A DNA stretch of 64,000 nucleotides. Origin: Eledone cirrhosa (Eukaryota). The DNA lies in assembly GCA_964016885.1 (NCBI GenBank), contig OZ024752.1:44950001-45014000 (forward strand). Direction: 5' to 3'. This document shows positions 25,667 to 41,293 of this stretch, one piece after another (positions within the stretch are counted from its first letter, which is position 1; the number at the start of each line of letters is the position of its first letter). The notes below the pieces were generated by a model. It was given only the letters and a program-made list of their open reading frames with translations. It ran no database searches and was not told the DNA's origin. Made by a program: the position numbers and the translations under genes.

Positions 25667-26025
25667 TTGTGTGTGTGTATATATGTATGTGTGTATGTAC
25701 CCGTAAAAGAACGGCATGGAACATTCAAAGAATGCGAGCCATTAACAGTTATGTACCAGCATCTCTGTAATCATGGAGTCTATATACATTTTGATTAAGT
25801 GTATATTTTCGTTCTTCCGGTGTATCGTGAAACGACCATTTCTTTATAAATCTCTCTCCCCCACTTCTCGCCCCTACCCCCCGGAGACCATTAATAGTTC
25901 CCCCGTCAGAGATGTCTTTTAATGTTATACATTAGCTCAATGTCGGTAGAATCTTCGATCTTTTTAAGGTGTTGTAATATATATATATTGTCTTACTGCC
26001 ATCTATATTTATGTAACAACCTCAC

Positions 26026-26064
<39 letters not shown>

Positions 26065-26137
26065 AACACACACACACATGCACAAACACACACACACACA
26101 CATGCACAAACAGCGACACACACCCAACACACACAGA

Positions 26138-26171
<34 letters not shown>

Positions 26172-27082
26172 AACATATATATTTAGTTTGTGTGTATGTG
26201 TACCTGTTCCACCACCACCAACAATAGCTACACCAACACCAACACCACCAACACCACTAACACCAATACCAACACCACCAAAAATATCAGCAGCGCCAAA
26301 ATCTCTAATACCAACACCGCCACCACCAACAATAGCCACACCAACACCTCCACCACCACCACCAACACCACCACCAACACCACCACCAACACCACCAAAA
26401 ATACCAACACTACCAATACCATCAAAAATATCAGCACCACCACCAATACCACCACCAATACCACCACCACCAACACCACCACCAACACCACCACCAACAC
26501 CATCAAAAATACCAACACCACCAAAAATATCACCATCACCAAAAATATCACCATCACCACCATCAACAATAACAATAATAATAATAACGAAATGTCTTCG
26601 CCATTTTTTTCCATATTATTTTCTATTATTTTCTATTATTTCTCCATTCTCTCACGGCCCAACTCTCTATTCAATTATGTCTTGCATAATTTGACAAGAT
26701 AATAACGACTGAATCTGATGTTTCCAATTACACACCTTATGTCATACATATTTAAATGGGAGTTGTTAGCTCACCATATTCCTGCCACTCTTCAAAGGGA
26801 GCAATGAATTTATCGACAATTTCGACCTTGTTATCTTTATAGCCTTTTAAACAATGGCAGAATTAAATACATTTGTATTTAAATATCTGGGGATATTAGG
26901 GATACATTTTAGGGGTTAACTGATGGGTTAAATGGTGGCAAAACTAGCAGTTATTAGTAATAGAAATGTCTACCTCTCTACTTCTCTAATACCCTCAAGG
27001 TTAAATAAACAATTTGGTTTAGTAAATTGAATTTATACAGATGGATATCGCGTGTATTGTTCATATGTAAAAGGTTGTGACA

Positions 27083-27418
27083 GGCGGTGAGTTGGTAGAG
27101 CCACCGTTAGAACGTCAGATAGAATGGTAGTCGTTAGAACGTCAGATAGAATGGTAGTCGTTAGAACGTCAGATAGAATGCTTTGCAGTAGTCATTCCAG
27201 CTTTCTCAGTTCAAATCCCGCCAAGGTCAATTTTGCCTTTCATCCATTTGAGGTCGATAAAAAATCTACCAGTCTAATACTGGGGTCGATTCTTCCTCTA
27301 GATATCTCTTTCTCACTTCCATTCTCTTCCATTCTCTTCCATTCTCGTCCATTCTCGTCCATTCTCGTCCATTCTCGTCCATTCTCTCACCCTCTCTATC
27401 CTTCTCTGGAAGAAATCT
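27083..27418 (+). mobile_element. SINE family A subfamily with triplicated head segment and internal 10-bp (CCATTCTCGT) expansion
   Basis: GTTAGAACGTCAGATAGAATG x3 (27-bp period), B box GTTCAAATCCC, core, and tail GGGGTCGATTCTTCCTCTA...GGAAGAAATCT shared with 31763-31969. Confidence 0.85.
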
Positions 27419-27558
27419 GCTGTATTCAGACATGGAGAAGAGATGGGGTCTGCCAGGTTTAAGAAAAATATATATACATATGTATACACCCTCCCCCCAT
27501 ATATATATATACATCTTTCTCCCCCCCCCCTCTCTCTCTCTCTATATATATATATATC

Positions 27559-27662
27559 CAGAGTCGGGCCAGATCGATACAAAGAGAACCTTGAGCTGAT
27601 CAATAGCGAAACGCGCGTCACTACTCAATAAACGTAATGATGACATAACAAATCGTCCTTTT

Positions 27663-27667
<5 letters not shown>
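27559..27667 (+). mobile_element. 5'-truncated copy of the 39910-40087 HHR element between TA tracts
   Basis: Retains GCGAAACGCGCGTC but begins inside stem II, with no CTGANGA. Confidence 0.8.
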
Positions 27668-27735
<68 letters not shown>

Positions 27736-28441
27736 ATATATGAATATATATGTATGTATATATATGAATATATATATATATATATATATGTATATGTTTA
27801 TGTATATGTTTATGTATGTGTCTGTGTTTGTGTGTTTACATTTTCTGTTTGTTTATGCTCCATAAATTAACAATTCAACCAATAAAAAGATCGATAGAAT
27901 AAACATCGAACTTGAAAGTAGTCTGATCGATACAATCGACTAGAGGACTTTTAAGAGATTGCCCCAGCACGGCCACAGTCTAACGTTTGAAAATTATTGA
28001 AAGAAGAAAAAAGATAAAGGAAGTTTATTATTTGTATTATGGTAATTACTGCCATTGACAGGAATGGTTTTGGCGAACAATTTAGTAAAGATTAAGTTGA
28101 AATAGTTGGCATCTTTCCTAGATTGTAGTCAGAAATATGTTGAAAGTATTAGAGGGAGTGTTTTGTAAATATATGTTTAATGATGGGAAAATATGCTTTT
28201 TGAAAAGGAATCAAGCCATCATCACTTAGAAATCATGTTCTACTTATTTTCTCCATTAGTATTAATCCTTAACTGTAAATAGAAAGTCAGCTAAAATCTC
28301 ATTAAAAAATGACTGTTTTAAAAAAAAAAAATGTATTTATATAACATACATACACATACAAACAAACAAACTAACACAGACACATACATATATACACACA
28401 CACATATACACAAATATATGTGTGTGTGTGTATGTATATAG

Positions 28442-28507
<66 letters not shown>

Positions 28508-28553
28508 GAGACTGTGTGTGTATATATATGTATATGTGTCTGTTTGTGTTTAT

Positions 28554-28659
<106 letters not shown>

Positions 28660-28924
28660 ACGAGTGTAGCATAACCACATATCTCGCAATACTTCATATT
28701 TTGAATTAATATTTATTGAAGCAGCCAAACTGGGAATTGAGCCTGAGAGTCCATTACTAGCCTAACAACCTCCCCGTAGATTCTCCTTGGTAGATTCCAC
28801 CACCGCCATCACCGCTATAAACACTACAACCACCACCAACATTACAACCACCACAACTACCACAACTACCACAAATATCTCAGTATTAGACCTTCAGCAA
28901 TGTCTCAGTTTATTATATAATGCC

Positions 28925-28992
28925 TGCGACCGACAGATAGTATTGGTATAAGCAATTGGAAAGACCAATGTTTCCTCGGTCCCATTTGACGA
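28925..28992 (+). repeat. GCGACCGA module copy
   Basis: Matches 4183-4254. Confidence 0.8.
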
Positions 28993-30632
28993 GCTTCACC
29001 CCATTCGTTAAGCGAATGAGGTCTGGGATTTTATCGATCGACTATCGATATAATTCAATCTATTTTGATTGGATTCTCTCGTGTTAAAGTTATCGATAAC
29101 TCCTTAGCCCTAATATTTCTCTCACCGACAATTTTATTTCTATGAAAAGAAATTATATTTCTTAAAAATTACATTCCTTTATTTTAAAATATTATTTTCA
29201 TATTTTTATTGTATCTTATTTTACTTTATTTTATTATTTTATTTTTTTGTAGATTTTCTCGTTTTTTTTTTGTTTCTTAGAAGTAGTGAAAGTCTTTGTC
29301 GTCAGTTCATTATTTTGCTGTTGACATGGAATTATTGATTCTGGTGTGAAATTATGTAAATATATTTGTATTTATTATTTCGTTAGTAATTCTTTTAACT
29401 CCCTTTGTCAGTCTACTATATATACAAAGGAGATAGTGTAATTCAATTATTAAATGTCTCAACGGCCTCAACGCTGGTATTCATAGAGAAGGTTAGTAAA
29501 GGCGAGGACTTTCACAAGCAAGCGCTTCTTAACTGATCAATAACAGACTTCTTCAAAGTATAATTTTCTTCAGAGCTGATCTATACGAGATAAGGCTGAA
29601 ATAGAGGGTTTCTTCTTCTTGTAATTAACCAGGATAACCGGAATAAACAGGATACTGCCTACAAGAAATTTGATACGATATCCTATTACCATTTTAATAC
29701 CATTCCACCATTCCACCATTCCAGTATGTTGCATTAGAGAAAAGTCATCTCGAAAATTCAATACATTCTGCTTTATTTGGATTGTTAAAATATCAGGTTA
29801 CAAGGTTCCTCAGTTCTTTGAAGACATGTCTTTTAATAGATCTAACTTTATTCTAACTTCTTCTGATTAGTATTTCATTTTTTGTTAAATGAGACAGACA
29901 CCGAGCTAACTCAGTAAAGTTATTTCTGTCCTCAGCTGCGCTTTTTTAGTTTTAGGATGGTTAGAATTTTTTAATTTAATACTTGTATGTATAACCTTTC
30001 AATTCCAATTACTTGCACCGAGTTAACTTTGATCAGTAAAATTGAAGGGATTTGCTGTGTATTCTAATTTTTAGTGTATGAGGGGTTCCCCAAATCTGAA
30101 GTGTCCCGGGGTCCTCAAGGTCTAAATCCAACCATCAGTCCAGGAACGCTTCTATACACCAAAGAGCGAAAAGAACTCCAAAAGCAGAAGAAGATGTTTT
30201 GCCGCATTTCTATTTCTGATCTCTTCCTTGTTGAAACACGTGTAAGACAAATGAAATGTCTTAAATATCTGCATCTTGGATTTCCATCCATCATTATCTA
30301 TGTGCCCTCTACATCTGCATTCATACAACATGTCGGATTTGTTTACTCAAAGTTGAATTCCTAATACTGTATAGATTATATCTGTGATGAATCGATTTCA
30401 CTTCTGCTGTTTGCTGAGTGTGGAAACATATTGAGCTTGAAATTCTGTAGTCATAACTTTCTTCACCCTTGTTATATATATAAATATATGCATGTATATA
30501 TATATATATATATATATGCATATACTGTATATATATATATATATGCATGTATATATATATACATATATATGTATCTGTGTATGTATGTGTATGCATATAT
30601 ATATATATATTATTATTATTATTATTATTATA

Positions 30633-30683
<51 letters not shown>

Positions 30684-30790
30684 TATATATAGGCATATAT
30701 AAATACACATGCACAAACATATACATGCATACAATATATATATATAAACATATATATATATATATGTACACACACGCACACACACCCACC

Positions 30791-30822
<32 letters not shown>

Positions 30823-31762
30823 GACTAGACACACATACATACATACAGACATATATACACACATATATACAAATGTCGATTATTTTCATCTGTAGTTTAC
30901 TTGTGTATTCCTTTATATTTTTATTTATTTTCTTCTTTCCTTTCTTCTCGTTCTTGTCTGTCAGGTTTACAATGCAGGTGTTAGATATATTTCATATATT
31001 TTTCTCTTCTTTCTTCGGTTTTTGCTTTTTGAAAATTTCTAAATAAAGAACGGTATTGTTTTAGCTTTGCTAAAGCTAGTTCAATTGGTCCCAGACTCTA
31101 GGCGTTGCCTTCCACATCACTTTCTTTATTTTATAACATTTTATAGCAGTTTTTCCCCCCACAGAAAGAGGGCTGGCTGGGGTGGTGTACCAACAGAATT
31201 CCAACAATAGGTTTTACTGTCAGTAACAACGAACGGTAACGGTGTATTTGTCCATCTAGACACATTAGTAATGATATTCTGGGATGAAACACAGTAGCAT
31301 GTCAGATTTAGGACCGATTTAACTGGCAAACTTAAAATAGTTAGATTCACGAAAGCGGATCACAATCGATAGAAGACTATCTTACGTCATGTCAATAGCA
31401 ATTGAACGATGCTAAATTCATTGTATAATCGATAAAAACACAAACACTACTAAGTGAAAACTCGGTTTATTTTAAGCCTTTATACAACCCTAGGGTGGGG
31501 ATAGGGTGTCGCTGTAGGCTGATGAAATAAGATGCTTAAACCTCAGGTTGAAAGATTGATGGTTCGTTTCTCATCAGTTTTTTCTCCACTTTGATACGTT
31601 GACAAGACAAAACCATAGATTAGTTTTTTTTGGTGACACTAGCCCTTTCCCTTTCTCATCCATTTCCGTTTTCATAACCACAGAAGACACTTGAATATTC
31701 AATGTAACTCTTCTTTGTTTATTGAGTACTGTTTTTATTTCCTTATATATGTTTAATATGCA

Positions 31763-31969
31763 GCGGCGAAAGGTGGAGTCGTTAGAAAGTCAGATAGAAT
31801 ACTTTATGGTATTCGTTCCAGCTCTCGGCTCTCTGAGGTCAAATCCCAGCCGAGGTCAACTTTGCCTTTTATCCTTTCGAGGTCGATAAAAAAAGTACCA
31901 GTCAAGTACTGGGGTCGATTCTTCTTCTATATCTCTTTCTCATTTTCTATCTTTGTCTGGAAGAAATCT
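31763..31969 (+). mobile_element. SINE family A subfamily copy
   Basis: Head GTTAGAAAGTCAGATAGAAT, B-box-like GGTCAAATCCC, core, subfamily tail. Confidence 0.85.
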
Positions 31970-31979
31970 TCTGTACACA

Positions 31980-32019
<40 letters not shown>

Positions 32020-32058
32020 TACAGGCACATACACACACACACACACACAGACATACAG

Positions 32059-32091
<33 letters not shown>

Positions 32092-32266
32092 TACAGGCAC
32101 ATACACAGACACACACATAGACATACAGGCACACACACAGACACACACACAAACACAGATACACACCAACACACACCCACACAGACACACAGACACACAC
32201 ACACAGACATACAGGAACACCCACAGACACACAGAGACACACACACGCACTCACACACACACACAT

Positions 32267-32299
<33 letters not shown>

Positions 32300-32402
32300 C
32301 GTACATACAAACCTATGTTTTGAATCAGTGTCCTTAGGTAGATTTTTCGCGGCGGTATGGGATGTTCTTCGCCGAGAAATCAATAGTTGTCGTTGACGAT
32401 AT

Positions 32403-32472
<70 letters not shown>

Positions 32473-32598
32473 ACAGACAGAGAGAGAGAGAGAGAGAGAG
32501 GCAGTGTATATTTACTTTAATATCATAATTAAATATATTTTGCTCTCATGTCATTCATTAAATAAAAACCACAAAATACACACACACACACACACACA

Positions 32599-32660
<62 letters not shown>

Positions 32661-32700
32661 CACTCACACACACACAGGCACTCACACACACACAGGCACT

Positions 32701-32734
<34 letters not shown>

Positions 32735-32860
32735 CGCACATACACACACACACAAAGAAAATGAAGATAAAAACAAAATTATAAAACAAAAACTAGGAAA
32801 GAGAAATAGCAAAATTAAAAAGATAAACTAAACAAAGAATAAACAACAAACAATAATAAA

Positions 32861-33232
32861 TAATTGTTTCTACTTTTGGCACAAGGCCAGCAATTATCCC
32901 AGTGTATTACTGGTACTTTATTTTATCGACCCCGTAAGGATGAAAGGTAAAGTTAACCTCAGCGGGATCATAAAGGGCCGTCACTCTTTGCACAAAGCAT
33001 GGCGTCCGACCCTTGATTTCTTATTTAGGCACAAGGCCAGTAATTTTGGGAGGAAGGAGGAAAAAGTCGATTAAATCGTTCCCAGTACATTACTGGTACT
33101 TTATTTTATCGACTCTGTAAGGATGAAAGACAAAATTAACCTCGGCGGGACTTGAATTCAGATTGTAAAGAGCCGTAACTCTATGCTGCATAAAATGGCG
33201 TCCGCCCTTCTACCGACACTACCAATCCAGCG
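32861..33232 (-). mobile_element. Two adjacent SINE family A copies
   Basis: 32861-33013 (B-box region deleted) and 33016-33232. Confidence 0.88.
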
Positions 33233-33363
33233 AACCATTCGACATTGCTGCGTTTCATATTTCACATGGAAGAATTATATAAAATGGTAAAAAAAACAAC
33301 AACCCAATATAGTGTAAATTCATCAAATATAATCACGTGTTGGCTACTGGTAATTCGAATAGA

Positions 33364-33398
<35 letters not shown>

Positions 33399-33648
33399 TA
33401 ATAAAATAATAAAAATAATCCTTGAAAGATGGCGGATTGAGAATGTGAATAGAAAGTTGAAATTACTTTACAATATAAATGATTGACAGGAAGAAGAGGG
33501 GGGAGGTGCCGTGTAATTTCTTTAGAAATGTTTTAAAAGCTAGTTGCTTGAAAGAAGGAAATTAGTGTTACCTGCTCTTAAAACTGAAGTGTGTGTACGT
33601 GTGTGTGTGTATACGTGTGTGTGTGTAAGTGTGTGTGTATATGTGCGC

Positions 33649-33684
<36 letters not shown>

Positions 33685-33784
33685 CTATGAGTGTATCTGC
33701 ATGAATATGTATGCATGTATGTATGTTCGTATACGAAAGATATGTATATGCAGGTGATTAAATATACATATATGTATATGTATG

Positions 33785-33823
<39 letters not shown>

Positions 33824-33830
33824 GTATATA

Positions 33831-33861
<31 letters not shown>

Positions 33862-33973
33862 TATATAAATAACCGAATATATATATATATAAATAAACAA
33901 ATTTATATATAAACGAATATATATATGTATATATATGTATTTATGTATATATATATATGTATGTATATATATG

Positions 33974-34170
<197 letters not shown>

Positions 34171-34223
34171 TTATATATATATATGTATATATATATTTAT
34201 ATATATATATGTATATATATATT

Positions 34224-34308
<85 letters not shown>

Positions 34309-34366
34309 ATATATATATATGTATATATACACACACATATATATGTATATATATACACACACACAC

Positions 34367-34397
<31 letters not shown>

Positions 34398-34729
34398 TAT
34401 ATATATATAACGTACGTATATATGAGTGTGTGGTGTAAGTGTATATATGTGTGTGTTATATATTTAGAAATAAAAATCAATGAAATTACAACATATACAC
34501 ACACATATAGATACACACATAGACACACATATAGACACACATAGACACACATATAGACATACATACATACGTACACATGCCGATACAGCAACAAATGTAT
34601 AGTAAGCAATTTCATAGAAATCTATATAAACACGAGAAAACAAAAATACACTTCATTATACACACGCGTGTGTGTGTGTGTATATATCTATATATATATC
34701 ATTCCTCTCTCTCTCTCTCTCTCTCTCTT

Positions 34730-34762
<33 letters not shown>

Positions 34763-34809
34763 GTAATAATTGTGAAGACTAAAATCCGAAGAGGGCTCGA
34801 TAAGGATTA

Positions 34810-35005
<196 letters not shown>

Positions 35006-35105
35006 TTAATAAAAACCCGTAGAGCAAGTATTGATTTATTTTCAGTTTCAGAAGATCCCGTTAAGGGTGAAAGCAGCGATTCTTTTCTTAAACTTTAATC
35101 TGTTC

Positions 35106-35176
<71 letters not shown>

Positions 35177-35517
35177 GGAAAAAAAAAATATATACATCAC
35201 AAGAGTGTACAACTAAATACTAACATACATGTATGTATATAACAGGAATAATATGTGAGATATTGGATTTTAAATAACGAATATAAATAAGAAAAACTCT
35301 GCTTGAAACACATGATAAGGAATTAAGTAAAGAGTAATAAGGTAAATGTCAAAAGTAATCACAGGTAATTACAGGTAAAATACTAACCACTCGTTAACTA
35401 TTAGGAGTTAATAATGTTAGACGTCTATGATAAATATGTTCCGGTGTGTTGGACACAAAATTGTTTTATTTATATAACGTAACAAATAGTAATATGTAAT
35501 CTGCTGGGAATATATTG

Positions 35518-35576
<59 letters not shown>

Positions 35577-36669
35577 CATGATGGTTATTTAAATATAAGT
35601 ATTAGCGTAGCTATGTTACCTGAGGTAGAATGAGGTAACTACTTTAATAATTACCTTTGTGAGATTCCTAGTGGTTAATTGGGGGATTTAAGAATGATCG
35701 ATGATGTGTATATTGACAATTAGCTAATATTTTTGCTGTGTTTATTGATTAAGCCTATTTTGTGTCTCATCTGTAGTATTTCCACCGAGCTTAGATTACA
35801 TTCACCTCCACCTGCTCTATGGCGATTCGCAGCTCTAATTCTAGTGACGTATTGTGTTTCGTATTGACATTTCTAAATGAATGAACGTGATGGTAAAATC
35901 TTCTCATAAAAAGGTGGGTGGTTGCTCCTACATAATAAATATGTCTTTATATACAGATACGTTATATTTATATATAACATTATCATGGTTATTTAAAGAA
36001 CATTGAATAGGGAGTAAAAAGTATTGTTTCTACTGTCGGCATTATTGGCTGTATCTAATTTATTGTTGTTGCGTATGTACATTACTAATCCCATCATCGT
36101 TATTTTAACGTCACTTCCTGTAATATTATGGGTCTTACTGGGTGGGTGTACACTGCTTCAGTTACTACGACTATATTTAGGTTCATATATTCACTTATGC
36201 CTATCTGTCGCCCTGTCTGTATTCCTGTGTTTCTTTATAGAAGAATAAAAGAGAGAAAGAGAGACAGATTAGAGATTCGATAATAGTCTTCTGTTCTGAC
36301 TTGGGCTTCTCTGTAAGAAAATGGTGTCTGATATTGTTGACATAATTCATAAAAGATATCAATGATAGAGTTATAATTGTTTTGATATAGTGGACATTTT
36401 ATTGGAGATAAGTGGGTAAATAAATATTCTGAGAGGCGTAGATATGAGAGGCGTAGATATATAGATAGATAGATAGATAGATAGATACATAGAGATACAG
36501 ACATATAGGTAGATAGATAGTTAGATAGATAGATAGATAGATAGAGATACAGACATATAGGTAGATAGATAGGTAGATAGATAGTTAGATAGATAGATAG
36601 ATAGATAGATGTGAAGAAAGGCGAACAGATCTGCTCTCTCTCACTCTCCCCCATCTCTCTCTATATATA

Positions 36670-36732
<63 letters not shown>

Positions 36733-37164
36733 ACAGAGAGAGAGAAGAATTGATAGATAATCGGGAAATGGTAAAATTATCGAAATATTTCTGCGATAAA
36801 TTCCAAGACATCATTGAAAGCCACAATGAATCTAATTACCAGCGGAGTTGTAACCAGTTTATTATTTTAAATTAAATTGATAATAAATTTCAAATTATTT
36901 GAATGCCGTAAAACACTTAGTAAATGATTCACAGAGAAACATAAACAATGGTTTAGTTCGACTGATCGTTTGAGGAAGAACAGGGGAGATTTTCTACATT
37001 ATTTATTTTTTAATGTATAATTTAATATGCAGAAGTTGAGGTAAACACTCAGTTGATAACCTAAGTAGGTTACAGTGCTTAATTTCATTTTTCAGTTATA
37101 TACCGTGTATTAGTTCTAAGTTCAAATACCTTTTGTTCAAATTTTTGTTCAAATTTTTGTCAAC

Positions 37165-37320
37165 AGTTGCGACCGACAGATAGTATCAGCAATCGAAATA
37201 CCAATGGAAACGTAATATCCTTGGTCGGAATTGACAATCGCTGCATTCTTCTGCTAGGTTTAACAACCGGTAGCCTGTATCAGTAATTGGAAGACCAATG
37301 GAAACATGGTATCCTTGGCT
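37165..37320 (+). repeat. GCGACCGA module, one full and one partial copy
   Basis: Matches 4183-4254. Confidence 0.75.
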
Positions 37321-37659
37321 TGATCTTGTGATCAGCTTTTCTTCTTTTTTTTTCTGATGCTAAATATCAGGATTTTGTCAGCAGCATTCTTATTGAAAAA
37401 ATAAAAAGGTTTCCAAGTTCGTTGCTTGCTTCGTCACCAAATCTGCTCTGCACGTTTTTAATAAAGAATCTCGCCTTCCGAAAATTTGTTTGTCAACCAC
37501 CTGGTTTCACTACAACGTATGTCAATCAGCACGTAGGAAAACACTTGGGGATAGCTCTAAGGCGAACAAGTTTTGATGAGGTGTCTTAACTTAAATTCCT
37601 AACTGCTATCGTAGAAAAACCACAGTAGCAAGATGTTCTTGAACAGGAATAATAATAAT

Positions 37660-37845
37660 TGTTTCTACTTTAGGCACAAGGCCAGCTAATTACCCAGTAT
37701 ATTACTGGTACTTTATTTTATCGACCCCGTAAGGATGAAAGGCAAAGTCAACCTCAGCGGGATTTGAACTCAGAATGGCAAGGGCCGTAACTCTATGCGT
37801 CAAAGCATAGTGTCCGACCCTCTACGGATACTGCCAATCCACCGC
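37660..37845 (-). mobile_element. Full-length SINE family A with TSD
   Basis: Flanking direct repeat ACAGGAATAATAATAAT at 37643-37659 and 37846-37862. Confidence 0.93.
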
Positions 37846-37996
37846 ACAGGAATAATAATAATAATAACATATTAACCAGTACTACGAGGGCTTCACATGA
37901 AATAGTAAAGTCTTTATTCTAAGTCTGCAAATTGTTAGAGATATGTCCACTAGTAAAGACATTCTTGAAAAGTACAAACCAGCATTATGACTATAT

Positions 37997-38070
37997 TAAA
38001 CCCAGTGTATTACTAATAAAGTACCAGTAATACACTGGGTACTGCTGGCCTTGTGCCTAACGTAGAAACA
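37997..38070 (+). mobile_element. 5'-truncated SINE A with inverted 5' segment and 13-bp TSD
   Basis: TSD ATTATGACTATAT at 37984-37996 and 38071-38083. 38000-38014 is the reverse complement of 38026-38040. Confidence 0.88.
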
Positions 38071-38126
38071 ATTATGACTATATCAAATGAAAAAGTAAAG
38101 GCTTTACTCTAATGCTACAAGTGTTC

Positions 38127-38157
<31 letters not shown>

Positions 38158-38797
38158 CTTCTTCTTCTTCTTCTTCTTCTTCTTCTTCTTCTTCTTCTTC
38201 TTCTTCTTCTTCTTCTTCTTCTTCTTCTTCTACTACCACTACTACTACATCAATCAAACTAATGTTGGCTGTTTTCGTCATATTCTTCAAACAAACCATA
38301 TCTTTGCTTCCCTCTCCCCAGGTCTATAAAACCCTGTTCTTCCTCCCACACCCACTCTCCTCTTCCTCCTATCTATCTGTCCTCACCTCTCACCACCACC
38401 CTCCATTTATCTATTCAAGTCCCTCCTTTATTCCTCTGTCTTCTCACTCTCCTTCTCACCCCTTCCTATAACCCTACCCCACACTGTCCCTTTACATTCC
38501 TCTGACGCCGCCAGTCCCCCCCCCCCCCCCTGGCCCTATCCAGAAATTCGTTACAATAAGAATACATCAAAGTCTCTCATTATTAAAACTTTCATCAATA
38601 GCCACTATTAGAAAATACAGGGTCTGATGTGACCCCACAACTATCTTTACCCCTCCCCCCCAGTCCGATAAACTACCTCCCCCTCCCCTTCTCCCCCCAG
38701 TACTTCATCAATGTCTATCTCGACATTATTGCAACTGTAAGCTGATCGATGATCGATGGTACAGTATTAGGCCAGTGGGCTAAATCGAAGCTGTATA

Positions 38798-38967
<170 letters not shown>

Positions 38968-39055
38968 TATATACACACACATACACACACACACATATAT
39001 ATGTATACATACATACATACATATATATATATATTTATATATATATATATTTATT

Positions 39056-39086
<31 letters not shown>

Positions 39087-39101
39087 ATATATATATTTAT
39101 G

Positions 39102-39171
<70 letters not shown>

Positions 39172-39185
39172 TATATACACAAATA

Positions 39186-39260
39186 CAGGGTGTTCCAATA
39201 ATGTACACACACATTCATTAGAATGCTATTGACGTGCGTATAGATTTTTGAGACGCCTTG
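39186..39260. mobile_element. Very short Tc1/mariner-type MITE remnant
   Basis: TA|CAGGGTGTTCCAATAATGTACACAC ... GTATAGATTTTTGAGACGCCTTG|TA: imperfect TIRs with TA flanks. Confidence 0.6.
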
Positions 39261-39283
39261 TATATATACATACATACACACAT

Positions 39284-39412
<129 letters not shown>

Positions 39413-39840
39413 CTAAAATAATAATCTGCTTGTCACACACAGATATATAGGAACTGGACAAGACAAATATTTAGACTATCAAAGGACGTGACCATGCTGC
39501 AGCGGTAACTACTTATACTTGGGTCATACTGGAGCAATGGAAACTTTGGTGATTATGTTGGAGTAGTAGGTAGCTAGTTTAGTCATGGTGGAATGGTTCA
39601 GACTTCGGTAAATGTCTGTTTAGTATGACTATTGCAATGTTTGTGTATCTATTAGATAACATCTACTATACGCCATTACTGGTGTTGTCTGAGCGGGAAC
39701 AATGGATACACGAGAGGACATTTTACTTACAAAGAAAGGGAAATAAATAATGGGGCAGGGGGTAGGGGGTAGGGGTAGGGGGTAGGCGGTGGGGGTAGGG
39801 GATGAGGAAAACTATATATCCTTAGCTGGACTTTGTGTGT

Positions 39841-39908
<68 letters not shown>

Positions 39909-39947
39909 CTAGGGAGGAAGTGATTCATTTTCCCATTACCATTGTAA

Positions 39948-40038
39948 GGGGTCTGACGAGCCGCAGATTACAGAGTCGGGCTAGATCGATACAGATCGAA
40001 CTTTGAGCTGATCAGTGGCGAAACGCGCGTCACCAACC
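39948..40038 (+). ncRNA. Type I hammerhead ribozyme (within element 39910-40087)
   Basis: CTGACGA 39953-39959; stem II GCCGCaGATTA/TGATCaGTGGC around a long loop; GAAA 40020-40023; palindromic stem III ACGCGCGT; GUC^ after 40031; short stem I GGT/ACC. Confidence 0.8.
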
Positions 40039-40083
40039 AATAATCGTAAAGAAGGAGTAACCAATCGTCCTTGTTATTTTATT

Positions 40084-40269
<186 letters not shown>

Positions 40270-40289
40270 TTTATTTATATATATATATA

Positions 40290-40358
<69 letters not shown>

Positions 40359-40361
40359 ATT

Positions 40362-40392
<31 letters not shown>

Positions 40393-40405
40393 ATTTATAT
40401 ATATA

Positions 40406-40516
<111 letters not shown>

Positions 40517-40587
40517 CCATATAACCAGAGAAGTCACAGTATATTGTATATATACTAAATATATTTAATGTTACATTTGTGTATATG

Positions 40588-40677
<90 letters not shown>

Positions 40678-41293
40678 CAGTGGTGGACTGACCAGGTTGC
40701 CCAATGGTTTGAACATTTTGAAAGTAGGTTTATAAGTATGAATTTTCATAAGACTTTCGTAGTCGTCTCTGTGGCCCAGTGGTAGGTACTAGAGACGGTG
40801 GAGAGCCTGGTCTTGGGTTCAATCCTGGTCAAGGGGTACATGTAACCCTTTTTCAGTTTTTATTTTACAACCAATAGAAAAAAACTGAAAAGGTTTACCG
40901 GGAACCCTACTCCCGACCAGGATCGAACTTCAAACCGGGATCACCACAGTCTATGACTCCCCCAACTAGGCCACCGAGACAGCTATAAAAGAATAATGAA
41001 AATTGATAATTATAAACCTACTTTCAAAATCAAAGTTTCCTAGAGCTATTAGTAATATTTAGGGTCGACTTCCGGTCATTACTGAAAGTCTCTGGATTTC
41101 GCAAAACACATTTTTTATATTGGAGAAGGTAAAATATTTTTCCGTAAAAATTTGATTGCACTGTTTTGTTTCCACTTATGTATTTTTCGAAAATGTTATT
41201 TATTCATTATAAAAATTAAATGATAGCATTCTATATGTAGGTGGGCCCCTTCATCTCCTGGCAACCAATATTTTTAGACCCAGTCCGCCACTG
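40678..41293. mobile_element. hAT-like MITE in a TA tract, carrying the twin tRNA-head palindrome
   Basis: TIRs CAGTGGTGGACTG / CAGTCCGCCACTG (1 mismatch in 13). Confidence 0.7.
40715..41030. mobile_element. Palindromic twin tRNA-head element, copy 2
   Basis: Same 20-bp inverted repeats as 338-634. Both arms have A and B boxes (the right arm antisense GTGGCCTAGTTGG and GTTCGATCC) followed by T-runs. Confidence 0.82.

Noticed and set aside
29670-30135. hAT transposase C-terminal remnant (TIPVCCIREKSSRKF) and hAT-like end near 30085-30135
   Set aside because: The resemblance to TIPVxxASxERSFSKL is too weak to call without a profile search.
31514-31580. CTGATGA...GAAA as hammerhead
   Set aside because: Stems I-III are not supported.
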